Below are positions 9,530-19,400 of a DNA stretch of 64,000 bases, one piece after another; positions within the stretch are counted from its first letter, which is position 1; each line of letters starts with the position of its first letter. The translations under genes were made by a program, and so were the position numbers. A model generated the notes under the pieces. That model was given only the letters and a program-made list of their open reading frames with translations, did not search any database and had not been told where the DNA came from. The DNA is from a virus, in the IMG/VR virus record IMGVR_UViG_3300010354_000053, positions 1 to 64,000 of that record; one strand, given 5' to 3'.

Positions 9530-12109
9530 TTATCCTATAAAAAATGCACCAAATCCACCATAGGGTGTGTTAAAATTCACCGTTCCAAATGCAACCTGTA
9601 CATCTAAATAATCGCCTACGTTTAAATAAACATTTCTAGAAACTGTTTGCCAATAAAAATTTGTGCCACCAAGACCCCGCGCTTCGGCTCTACCTATAGC
9701 GGCTCCATTTTTTCTTATATCAAAATAATAATCAACGCTATTGCCGCCAGTACATGTAACGTAGTACACACCAGCTATTTGCGCTGTAAATCTTCCAGTA
9801 GTTGAATTGTAAAAACTACCAGTATTGGATTCAATGCTTGAAAATAAAACAACATTTGTTGCCGCAACTGAAGAAGGGGCTGTTGCAAAGAATTCGGGGG
9901 TGAATGGGCGTGTTAAAATACCGGCGTTATTAAAAGACGCTATCGTTGTACCTGATGAATTTTTAAATACAATTCCGTTACTGTCTTTAGCTTGTATAGT
10001 ACTAAAACTAGCGCTGGTAACATCAACACCTGTGTTATTAAAAGATGCTATCGTTGTACCTGATGAATTTTTAAACACAATTCCAGAAGCATCTTTTGCC
10101 TGAATAGTATTGAAACTAACATTCGTACTATCAATTTGTAGAGGAAATGTCGCGCCGATTGCGGGTGCATTTAATGAAAAATTAATTTTTGCGGCAATAA
10201 ATCCGGCAACACTCGGAAGCGTTGCTTGAATTAAACCTGCAGATGTAACGGAAAAATTAAACCCACTCGGAGGAACATCACCAACAGTATTAAATGCTAA
10301 TTCGTATGTACCTGCGGCAGTCTTTACAAATTTTGCTTCGATATAAAATCGATAATCGGTAGTTGCATCAATATAAATCCAGCCAGTTAATTCTCCAGCG
10401 TCATACGAACCAACGTTTTGAACTGTTGTGACTGCGTTATTTGTTAATGAAACTTGCGATTGTGCGTTTGTTCCACCAACAACAGAACCACGCATATTAA
10501 AGAAATCAAATGCGGCTGTTGAACGCGCTACACCAATCGGTTTTGTGATATGGCCGATTACAGCAGAAGGTGTAGTCGTGATTTTACCAGCTGTTGTTGC
10601 TGACAAAAAGTAGACTGTGCCCGCTGTTAATGAGCCACCGCCTTCTACTAAGTTTGCACCAACCGAACCGACTTCTCCACCAACGCAAATCTGAAATGTG
10701 TTTGTATCAATAATGCTATAAATAAGGCCGGCAACTTCCGCGGTGGCATCTAAATCAGCTTTTGCGTATGTATATGTAGATCCATTTAGATATAATGGCC
10801 TACCAATATCTGCTGCTAAAAATCCGTGTGATGCTTGAGTAATAGAAATAATAGTATTACCAGCAGCGGCCCAACTTAACGTACCAGAACCATTAGTAAT
10901 CAGCGCTTGCCCATTCGTTCCATCTGTAGATGGCAAAACCCATGCAATATTAGATGTAATTGCATCTGGAGCTTTAAGCGCAATATAATTAGTTCCATTT
11001 GCCGCCAGTTCTCTGAATCTTAATTCACCGGTGTTTCCGGTGGAAGTTCCTGTTGGGCCAAGAACCAAAGCTGTTTCTGCAATACCCGGAAATCTATATT
11101 TATGATTTATTGCGCCTAATACAAATTGATTGCTAGAGGTTGCAACGGCGGCATTTCCAGAACTATCAATTCCGATACACACAGTTCCTGATACACCGGT
11201 TGAACTTGTTTGGATACCAGTCTCTTTACCAATTGCTGTGTTGTTATATGAACCGGCATCGGTATAAGAATCTGCATTTGGTCCAATTAATGTGTGGCCA
11301 CCGCCTTGCGCATAATATCCTGCTCCAGAACCAATGGCCACTGAATTATTAATTGTTCCATACGAACGAAAAGTGTTTCTTCCAACTGCTGTGTTCGAAC
11401 CATTTGAAGATATATATATACCAGCGCCAGATCCAATTAATGTGTTTGATCCACCAGTCGTTATTTGTTGGCCAGCGCTTAACCCTAATACTGTATTTTC
11501 TGAACCAGAAGTTATCGAAACACCGGCAAGATAGCCAATACCTGTATTGTACTGCCCAGTCATTGACGCGTTATAACTATCAACTTCAAAAGTTGATCCG
11601 GTTGTTGGATGGTCTAATCCACCACCAACTTTTTTCTCTGTACCGGCTGAATCTTTTACATATAGCTTGCCATCTGATTTTGCATAAAGCCTGAGTGTGC
11701 TGGTTGCCGGAGATGATGGTGAAGTAATATATGGATAATCGGTATATGTGCTTGCAATTAATCCTAATATTCCTGGTGCATTAACAATCCAAGATCCCGC
11801 CAATGCGTTCCATGTGAATTCAATCCACATTTCGTTTGCATCTAGTAATAAGGATTCATTTGTTGCAAGATTATTAATTTTTTCACCAGATGCGGGTGTT
11901 ACCGTAACGTTATTTGTTAAAAACGTGCCCTTGGCATCTGTGATACGAATTGTTGTTCCGTCAATTCCGATTGGAAGATTAACAGTAATAGTATTAGATG
12001 TTGTATTAAGAATATAATGGCGCCTGCTCTCAGCAGTAATAGGCCCAGACGATGCGTAAACTGACGCCAATCCCGGGACTTGTACTGTTTTTTGCGACCA
12101 TAGAGCCAT
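9530..12109 (-). CDS. Mosaic tail fibre with NTAxG beta-roll repeats, shared core domain and C-terminal C1q domain
   Basis: NTGIG/NTVLG/NTLIG/NTAVG repeats; core domain; TGRFTAQIAGVYY..YLNVGDYL..FGAFFIG. Confidence 0.8.
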   Translation of the reverse strand: MALWSQKTVQVPGLASVYASSGPITAESRRHYILNTTSNTITVNLPIGIDGTTIRITDAKGTFLTNNVTVTPASGEKINNLATNESLLLDANEMWIEFTWNALAGSWIVNAPGILGLIASTYTDYPYITSPSSPATSTLRLYAKSDGKLYVKDSAGTEKKVGGGLDHPTTGSTFEVDSYNASMTGQYNTGIGYLAGVSITSGSENTVLGLSAGQQITTGGSNTLIGSGAGIYISSNGSNTAVGRNTFRSYGTINNSVAIGSGAGYYAQGGGHTLIGPNADSYTDAGSYNNTAIGKETGIQTSSTGVSGTVCIGIDSSGNAAVATSSNQFVLGAINHKYRFPGIAETALVLGPTGTSTGNTGELRFRELAANGTNYIALKAPDAITSNIAWVLPSTDGTNGQALITNGSGTLSWAAAGNTIISITQASHGFLAADIGRPLYLNGSTYTYAKADLDATAEVAGLIYSIIDTNTFQICVGGEVGSVGANLVEGGGSLTAGTVYFLSATTAGKITTTPSAVIGHITKPIGVARSTAAFDFFNMRGSVVGGTNAQSQVSLTNNAVTTVQNVGSYDAGELTGWIYIDATTDYRFYIEAKFVKTAAGTYELAFNTVGDVPPSGFNFSVTSAGLIQATLPSVAGFIAAKINFSLNAPAIGATFPLQIDSTNVSFNTIQAKDASGIVFKNSSGTTIASFNNTGVDVTSASFSTIQAKDSNGIVFKNSSGTTIASFNNAGILTRPFTPEFFATAPSSVAATNVVLFSSIESNTGSFYNSTTGRFTAQIAGVYYVTCTGGNSVDYYFDIRKNGAAIGRAEARGLGGTNFYWQTVSRNVYLNVGDYLDVQVAFGTVNFNTPYGGFGAFFIG
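9925..10120. repeat. Two-copy 108-bp (36-aa) internal tandem repeat
   Basis: TIQAKD..GIVFKNSSGTTIASFNN occurs twice. Confidence 0.85.
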
Positions 12110-12119
12110 TTTAAACCCT

Positions 12120-12842
12120 TTATTTATCGACTAGCGGTATTCCGCATTTATTATATTTTGCATTAAATCCAGAATAAATCCAAGCTACACCCATCGTTCT
12201 AGGCATTTCTTTCGAGCAGGCAAAATCAATTGCTGTATGCCAACAGTTTGATGGAAACATTACTGCCGTATTATATGAATAATAAAAATCTTTATAAATC
12301 TTCCATTGAGAAGAGTCTTTTTGTTTTGGAATGTCTACTGGCGTTTTGGATGTAGCAAAACGCTGGCCGTTTAAGTCTTCACAAAAACACAGCCTTGCAG
12401 ATTGTTCTTGAGGGGTAAAATCAAATATAAATGACCACATTGGATGATTTACATATATGGGTCTGCCATGTTCATCAAAATCGTATCGGCTAAATCTGTC
12501 AATATGGGCGTGTAATTCTGAATGTTTTGGCTGCGTTAATCTTCTAAAATTAATAAAAGATGAGTCAATATACCAAATGTAATCTTGCAAAATACCAGAT
12601 GCTGTACTGGCAATATATTCTAATGTTTTATTTGCATAAAACGGATGAGAAATAATATTATCCCCCACCCAATATCCTGACGATTGATCATATTCTGCTT
12701 CCAAAACCATTTTACGATAAACTTCTGGATTTGGTAAAAAATCTTTAATGATAAAAAATGGAAAATCAACAGATGTATCTTTAGTAACAATCATAAAGAT
12801 CTTTCTTATTAAATTGTTAATTAAAGATACTAGTGTTTTCAT
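12120..12842 (-). CDS. 2OG-Fe(II) oxygenase-like protein
   Basis: IIKDFLPNP..R N-terminus, HxD motif (HAHID), distal His in YNTAVMFPSNCWH, and a following Arg (PRTM); ATGA overlap with the collar gene. Confidence 0.65.
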   Translation of the reverse strand: MKTLVSLINNLIRKIFMIVTKDTSVDFPFFIIKDFLPNPEVYRKMVLEAEYDQSSGYWVGDNIISHPFYANKTLEYIASTASGILQDYIWYIDSSFINFRRLTQPKHSELHAHIDRFSRYDFDEHGRPIYVNHPMWSFIFDFTPQEQSARLCFCEDLNGQRFATSKTPVDIPKQKDSSQWKIYKDFYYSYNTAVMFPSNCWHTAIDFACSKEMPRTMGVAWIYSGFNAKYNKCGIPLVDK

Positions 12843-13537
12843 AGTTTGATAATGTAATTAATCGCCAAAAAGGCGGGTGTTGTTTCGGAATCGCCAGTAT
12901 TTATTGTCACAGTTTGCGCTGGAGTTGTCCCTGATGCAGAAAAAGTTGTTCCGCCAAAATCCCAAGAATGGGAGTGGTTAGCATTCACACCACCTAAAAT
13001 TGCATATCCGGTATTTGTACCATTATGTAGTCCGTGATGAGCGTAGCCACCAGTACCACTGCTGCTACCTGGTATACTATTTCCTCTAGAAAACGCTAAA
13101 TCTTGGCCGGTTGCATGCGCATGCCCATTGTCACCGTGTGCGTGATCAGCGCTCTGGCCTCCGGAAGTACCGTTCATTTGATTTTTTGCACCGCTCACTG
13201 AAGTTGACACTGTCCCAGCACTTGCCGTTAATCCATTCTTAGCAGTCTTTTGCCCGCCTTTAGTGGCTAAAACACCTGCTGCTGGAGTGTGGCCAGTAAC
13301 TCCACCATAGTTTGCAGTTCCGTTTGTGCCAGCGCCCCGTGGATAGACACCACGAAAATCTGGCAAATTAAAAGTAGAAGCTCCGTCACCATTGCCGTAT
13401 GTTGTAGAAATTGCAGCAAATAAACGAGCGTAAGCTGTACGGCTGATTGCCGAACCATCACATAATAACCAACCATCCGGCGCTGTCGGGCCAGCAAATG
13501 TTAATAATGTTCCTGATGGAAATGGTAAATATGCCAT
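12839..13537 (-). CDS. Phage tail-collar / short tail fibre protein
   Basis: Collar motif, HxH motifs; paralog of 1005..1724. Confidence 0.9.
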   Translation of the reverse strand: MAYLPFPSGTLLTFAGPTAPDGWLLCDGSAISRTAYARLFAAISTTYGNGDGASTFNLPDFRGVYPRGAGTNGTANYGGVTGHTPAAGVLATKGGQKTAKNGLTASAGTVSTSVSGAKNQMNGTSGGQSADHAHGDNGHAHATGQDLAFSRGNSIPGSSSGTGGYAHHGLHNGTNTGYAILGGVNANHSHSWDFGGTTFSASGTTPAQTVTINTGDSETTPAFLAINYIIKL

Positions 13538-13538
13538 A

Positions 13539-15383
13539 TTAGAAAATACTCCAATCAGAAGAACCGCGCCAAACTAATTTAACTGATTCATAATTAGATG
13601 TTAACGGCCAAGTGCTAGCACCGTCAATTGTTACACCCGCACCGGGATTAATAGTGACAATTCCAGCCGCTGTAACCCTCTTTATATAAAGAGTAAATCC
13701 GGCGTCATTAGATGTTAAAGTCGGCAAATTCAAAGTGATTGCGGCAGTTGCAATGACAAAATGGTGATATTTATTTAAATTAGCATTAACGGCATAAGAG
13801 TCATAGGAACCTTTAAAACCGCCACTAAGATCTAACGGTGCTTGTGGAGACAGTGTATTAATTCCAACAAATCCTGTATTAGAAATTCTCATACGCTCTA
13901 ATCCATTTGTTTCAAATGCTAGAGCATAATTATCATTAGTACCAATTAATAAATCACTCGCTAAGCTATTTCCGGTATGAGTAACAAATCCATAGGGGGT
14001 GGTTCCGTATGATAATGAACCAGTTATAACCCAAGAAGAAGATGTCGAATCCCATGCGAGTTCAATCCATGAACCATTTATATCCATAATTAATGATTCA
14101 TCTGTCGCTAGATTGTCAATTTTTTGACCCGACGCTGGAGTAACAGTAAAATTATTTAATCCCCATTTTTCTTTTACGTCTAAAAATTTAATTCTAGCGT
14201 TAGCAGCGCCTGATGGTAATGTGGCTGTAACCGCTCCAGATGTAGTATCAACAAAATAATTTACATTATTAGAAGCCGTAAATGATGAGCTTTGATAGAG
14301 TGAGTTGGCATATTGCGCGATAGTATTCCAGTTTGTACCATCGGAATAGTATAAAAATCCACTGGTGTATTTAATAGCACCACTGCCTGCTGCAACAGCA
14401 GAAGATGTGATATTGCCAACTTTAAGGCCGCCAGTAATTGCTAGTGCAACAATATTTGCTGTGCTTAATGAAAGCACACCAGTAAAGGTTTGGTTTCCAT
14501 CTAAAGTTGCAATAGTTGAAGATATATCTGGCGCGGATAGTGTCCTAGATGCTGTTATTGCAGAATAATCAACTGCAAACACTTCATCTGATGCATTTTT
14601 TAAATTTAAAACATCTGCAGTAGCATAGAGCCTTGTGTATCCAGTTGCCGGAGATGTCGGTGCAGATGATTCGTTTAATAAATCAACATAAGAAGTTCCA
14701 GCTGATCCCGTGCCTTTTACTGTTAAAAAGGTGAATGCGCCAGAGCTTGCGGTTGTTGAACCAATAGATGAATCATTAATAGTTTTATTGCTTAAATTTT
14801 CTACGCCCGCAAGAGTTGCTAGCGTTCCAGTAGTTGGGAGAGTAAGAGTTGTTATTCCAGATGTAGTAAATGTAATATTATTAGTGCCATATGTTAATGT
14901 TCCGGTGTTATTGACCCCTGTACCACCTCTTGTAGAGGATAATTGAGCTTCGCCAGTTAATGTATTAGTGGCACTCCAATATGTTACATATCCAGTTGTG
15001 CTAGTTCCGAGCGGAATAGTACCGCTAGTATTTGGAATTGTTAGAGTTATTGATGTATTGTTATCAATCCCAGATAGCTGAAAATACAATTTTTTAGTGG
15101 GGTCGATTTCATCAACAAAATAAACACTACTGTCTTGTAGCTCAGTGCTAGTTAAAGTACCGCCGGTGCCAGTCGTTAAAGCTGGAGCCCATGCGGATGC
15201 AGCTGAATCATATTTAATATAAAGAGTGCCGTTAGATCTAAGATAAAGCGAGCCGGTCGGAGATGTTAACGAAAGCGTAGTAGGATCTGCAGATCCGGTT
15301 TCTATGTACGCGGCATCACTGAGTTTTAGCTTAGGTTTGAGGGCTTTTAAATAATCGCCATTAAAAATAATAGCGCTGCTCAT
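13539..15383 (-). CDS. Mosaic tail fibre / virion protein (614 aa)
   Basis: N-terminus shared with 1724..3565; ERMRISNTGFVGINT.SP..LD fibre motif. Confidence 0.75.
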   Translation of the reverse strand: MSSAIIFNGDYLKALKPKLKLSDAAYIETGSADPTTLSLTSPTGSLYLRSNGTLYIKYDSAASAWAPALTTGTGGTLTSTELQDSSVYFVDEIDPTKKLYFQLSGIDNNTSITLTIPNTSGTIPLGTSTTGYVTYWSATNTLTGEAQLSSTRGGTGVNNTGTLTYGTNNITFTTSGITTLTLPTTGTLATLAGVENLSNKTINDSSIGSTTASSGAFTFLTVKGTGSAGTSYVDLLNESSAPTSPATGYTRLYATADVLNLKNASDEVFAVDYSAITASRTLSAPDISSTIATLDGNQTFTGVLSLSTANIVALAITGGLKVGNITSSAVAAGSGAIKYTSGFLYYSDGTNWNTIAQYANSLYQSSSFTASNNVNYFVDTTSGAVTATLPSGAANARIKFLDVKEKWGLNNFTVTPASGQKIDNLATDESLIMDINGSWIELAWDSTSSSWVITGSLSYGTTPYGFVTHTGNSLASDLLIGTNDNYALAFETNGLERMRISNTGFVGINTLSPQAPLDLSGGFKGSYDSYAVNANLNKYHHFVIATAAITLNLPTLTSNDAGFTLYIKRVTAAGIVTINPGAGVTIDGASTWPLTSNYESVKLVWRGSSDWSIF

Positions 15384-15454
15384 ACGTAATACCTTTGTTA
15401 ATTTCTGGCTAGGAATTACGCTAAAGCACTAATTGCTGGCCAGAAAATCTGTAT

Positions 15455-15492
15455 GTGGCTTTTGCCAGTGACCGCAATTAAATTCTAACACA
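15455..15492 (-). promoter_or_regulatory. Extended -10-like promoter (TGTGTTAGAAT) plus TGGC-AAAA-GCCA hairpin
   Basis: Conserved with 3592..3629. Confidence 0.55.
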
Positions 15493-15512
15493 CAAGCATT
15501 CAAAAACGTTTA

Positions 15513-16025
15513 TTATGAAATTTGATCAAAAAAATCAATTCTTATTGGTGAAAAAAATATTTTAACATTAGGGGTAAGATTGTTTTTTTCTTGATTTTTA
15601 AAAATTTTTATTTTTCGATCATCTATCATCAAAAATAAAAATTTTATTTGACAGTCTTCCAATTCGGCGCTGACAGCTTCTGTAAAAAAAATATTTTTTT
15701 GAGGCAGAAATACATCGTTTGGAATATCAGAAATTATAATTTCAGTACCATCTGGTACAGCGTCGTACCAGGGGTTTAATGAATAGATTGAAATTAAACT
15801 ATTGTTAATTTCATAGATCATTTCAACAGTTTTTTTGTTTTCGAAGCCGGAAATTTTTGCTAAAAATGGCATTTTTAATTTGCTATTATTCATGAAATAA
15901 TCAATTTGGGGGGCAGGTTCTATAAACGACAATGAATTTATTTTAGAATCTGTTGTTGTTGTTGTTGTTGTTGTTGTTTCAGATTCTGGCGTTAATTTTG
16001 ATAAATTATTATTTATGACAATCAT
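15513..16025 (-). CDS. Hypothetical protein with poly-Thr tract
   Basis: 170-aa ORF in operon orientation; AT-rich. Confidence 0.55.
   Translation of the reverse strand: MIVINNNLSKLTPESETTTTTTTTTDSKINSLSFIEPAPQIDYFMNNSKLKMPFLAKISGFENKKTVEMIYEINNSLISIYSLNPWYDAVPDGTEIIISDIPNDVFLPQKNIFFTEAVSAELEDCQIKFLFLMIDDRKIKIFKNQEKNNLTPNVKIFFSPIRIDFFDQIS
15951..15977. repeat. Perfect (TGT)9 / (ACA)9 microsatellite
   Basis: Direct reading; encodes Thr9. Confidence 0.95.
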
Positions 16026-16043
16026 TTATAATAACCTTTTGCT

Positions 16044-16421
16044 TTAATTAAAGAAGTTAATAATTAACTCACTGTTAGTGCCCGGAACGACAGATTCTGG
16101 ACGATAGCAAATACGGGTGGCAGAGTCAATGTTAATCAATCCATACCCACCGCCGCCGGGAATAATTCTAAAAAGAACTATTTCTACACCAGCAGAGCCT
16201 GTTCCTAAAATTTCTACTTCACCGCTTGAACTGAAAATTTCTACCATAGTTACTTTTGCAGCAGAAGAACTAAATAATTCAAGCCATGTAGAAGTGCTTA
16301 CAGTAACAGCTGTAGGAGAATCTAGGTCTTTATATAGCTGGGCAGATCCAGCCCCTTGATGTACAAGGCGAATCGAAGATAGTGCTTTTTTCTTACCGCG
16401 TTCTGTTCCTGAATATGCCAT
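16044..16421 (-). CDS. Hypothetical small virion-associated protein
   Basis: GGAG RBS; beta-rich 125 aa within the structural module. Confidence 0.6.
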   Translation of the reverse strand: MAYSGTERGKKKALSSIRLVHQGAGSAQLYKDLDSPTAVTVSTSTWLELFSSSAAKVTMVEIFSSSGEVEILGTGSAGVEIVLFRIIPGGGGYGLINIDSATRICYRPESVVPGTNSELIINFFN

Positions 16422-16436
16422 TTTATTTATCTCCGA

Positions 16437-19400
16437 TTAAATAATATACCAACGATTTACACCGTCGCTTTGAAGAGTGATCGATTCTCCATCTCTGTCT
16501 AATACATATGGTGTATTAATTGCATTAAATTCTACATATTGATTAGAAGCTGGAGAGATTTGAATAGATCTGCCGGCAACCGACGCATTATTTCCAATGT
16601 CTTTGATAACTAGAAGCCTTTTTGTTGCGGCGGATGGTAGAGTGATTGTACAGCCAGAAACTGAAGTATCTATATTCATAATGACATCTGTTGGTTGCAC
16701 CGTATAAGTTGTTGAAGAAATAGCAGCAGAATTAACAGAAACAGCTCCTAATAACTTAATGGCTGTCGAAGACAATTCTAAAATTGCTGTAGATGCGCCA
16801 TTTCCAACATTAGAATAGGTGTCACTACCAAATTGTAATACATCTGTAAACTCAAACTTATTTGAAACAGAAGAACCGGTTGCAACTTCTTCGTATATTT
16901 TGAAACATAAATCTTGACTAGATGGTGGTAATTGCCATCCTAAAATAGAATCATAGACATATGCAGTACCATCTGTGTATGAACTATCATCATTAGTGAT
17001 TAACCTAATACATGCCTCTGTGGGAACAGTTGAGGGTCCTATTAAATGACCTTCATATGCCCCTGGTATACCATAAGTTTCAAATATTTTAACAGAAATT
17101 GCATACGTACCGGGGGCTAAAATTTGGATTTCTGGAAAAACAAAATCTGTGAAATTTGACTGAAATCCATACGGAAATGTATCTAAAATAAGGGGCAAAG
17201 AAGAGGCAATTGGCATTGGACTTATTACTCCACCAGTTACAGAGTGGAGAAAAATTTTCATCGTTCCAAAAAATGATGGCGCCAATAGAGGGGCGGTTGT
17301 TGCTAGTTGCAAACCAATTTTTTTGATTTTTTTAGAAGCTGAAAGAACAAAAGTTTGTGCAATAGAACCCACTGTAGCAGAAAAAGGCAAGTTAGTTGTC
17401 TCTAGCGCTTGTGGCCCATTAGTTATTAATCCCGTACTAGAAAATAGGGTTTCTTTTGTTCTCAAAGAAATTGCAGAACTGTTTTCGCTGTTGCCGATTT
17501 TAATAGAATCTGTTCCAGATTTACTAATATCTAAAACATAATTTCCAACATTTTGCCCTAAAAATAATCTTAAATGTTCGTTATTCCAAAAGAATTTTAT
17601 ATTATTATCTGTCAAAGTTTTGTCATTGTTAACAAATACGACAGACCCTGCATTAAGGCTTGGAAAAATATATTTATTCGCGTAAACAGCTTCCCATGGC
17701 TTAGAAACAGATCCTAAAGAATAAACTGATGCTTGAGGAATTAAATCAGATACAAAAGAACCGCCGGCAGAAATAGTAGTTGTTACTGTAGAGCCTAAAT
17801 AAATTGAACCATCTGCAAATAACGAATTATAAGAGAATACATTTTTAGAATAAAGATTATTCCATTGATATGAAATAGATCCTAAATCATGGTCGGTATC
17901 TGGAATAATGTTACTTGTGACATAATTATTAAATGATGTTAAAGAATAAATGTTTAATAATGATGTTAAAGTTAACGGATTTCCTAGTGTTGAATTTTCG
18001 TATACAACCAAATCATTAATGTACGCGTTCCATGGATAGGCGCTCGAACCTAACGACACAAATGGAGTATTAGGTAATAATGCGTTTGCATTTACGAACA
18101 AACCAGAAGAAGAGGCCAATAATTCAACATTTGCGCCGTTATTTGATATTTTGAAATAATTCGAATAATAATTCGGACTTGTTAATTTCCAAGAAATTCT
18201 GTCAGAATCTAAAGAAATAGATGCGACTTCGAGAGGATTTGTACAAACTCCTAATCCAATTTCATCAACACTGTTATTAAAAACATTTAGATTGTTTACT
18301 TCAATATAAGAATTTGTACTAACGTTTGTGACTACGAATTGTCCATTGTTTAATGCGTTGACAAATCCAGAAATTGTAACTAAAGAACCTGCAATAATAT
18401 TACCGGTATTTATTGTCGAATATCTTACAATATTCTGAATTTGCCATGTAGGATCTGTAACTTGTAATAATACTGCATCTGACTCTTGAACAAAAAGACC
18501 ACTATTTTGTGCGGTATTATTAGCCCCACCAACATTTAAAGTAAACGATTTATCTTTTACTGTTGATTCAATCGTAGAAGCGACCGAAACAGTGCCGCTC
18601 ATATTAATAATATCTAAAGGGCCACCGATATTAATTGTTGTTTTGCCCGAACCGGTACCAATATTAATTGTTTTAGTTTCTGAGTTAGAACCAATATTGA
18701 CAAACTCTGTATCAGAAGAAACGCCCAAATTTAATATTTTTGAATCATTGGCAGACTCGATAGATCCTTTGACGCCTACAATAGATTCGACAATTAAGCT
18801 AGATCCAGTAGCTTTACTGAACCACGCAGTATCTGTAAGTATACTATTTCCAAAAACACTAAAATTATGGGTTAATACGTTATTAGAATTAATTCCAATA
18901 TTACCAGATATATCGATTGTAATCCCGTTGTTTGAGCCAGTCGTTAGTTTTAATGGAATTGCTACTGACGATTGTAAAGTTGCTACACCAGCATTAAAAC
19001 ACAATGATACTTTATCAGAATTTATGTTGTCGTTTCTGACAACAATTCCGTTTGGCCCTAAATGAATTTGTTTCCATCTATAGTCAAACGTGCCCAAGTC
19101 ATAAAAATTATCAACAAATGGGTTTAGCGGCGATGCAAAACCAGCATTAACAGTTACGATATCTGACGAAGAATCTCCAAGAATAGTATTACCATCAACT
19201 TGTAGATTAGAACCAAGCCATAAAGATCCCCATCTTAATCCCAAAGATCCTAAATCATAAGAATTATCTGTAGATGGAATTAATGAAGATGCAGCTCTTG
19301 CCGTAAAATAAATTAAATCAGCAGAAGAATCACCTAGAGCGGTATTACCATCAACTTGTAGATTAGAACCAAGCCATAAAGATCCCCATTTTAATCCAGA

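Noticed and set aside
3638-15383. Diversity-generating retroelement or shufflon acting on the fibre genes
   Set aside because: No reverse transcriptase or invertase is in the window, all fibre genes are co-oriented, the repeats lie in coding stalk regions, and mismatches do not look adenine-specific
18592-19065. Numerous antisense ORFs in the track (e.g. 18592..19065, 40514..40759, 49764..50273, 54882..55403)
   Set aside because: They are shadows of well-supported genes on the opposite strand and have no recognisable motifs
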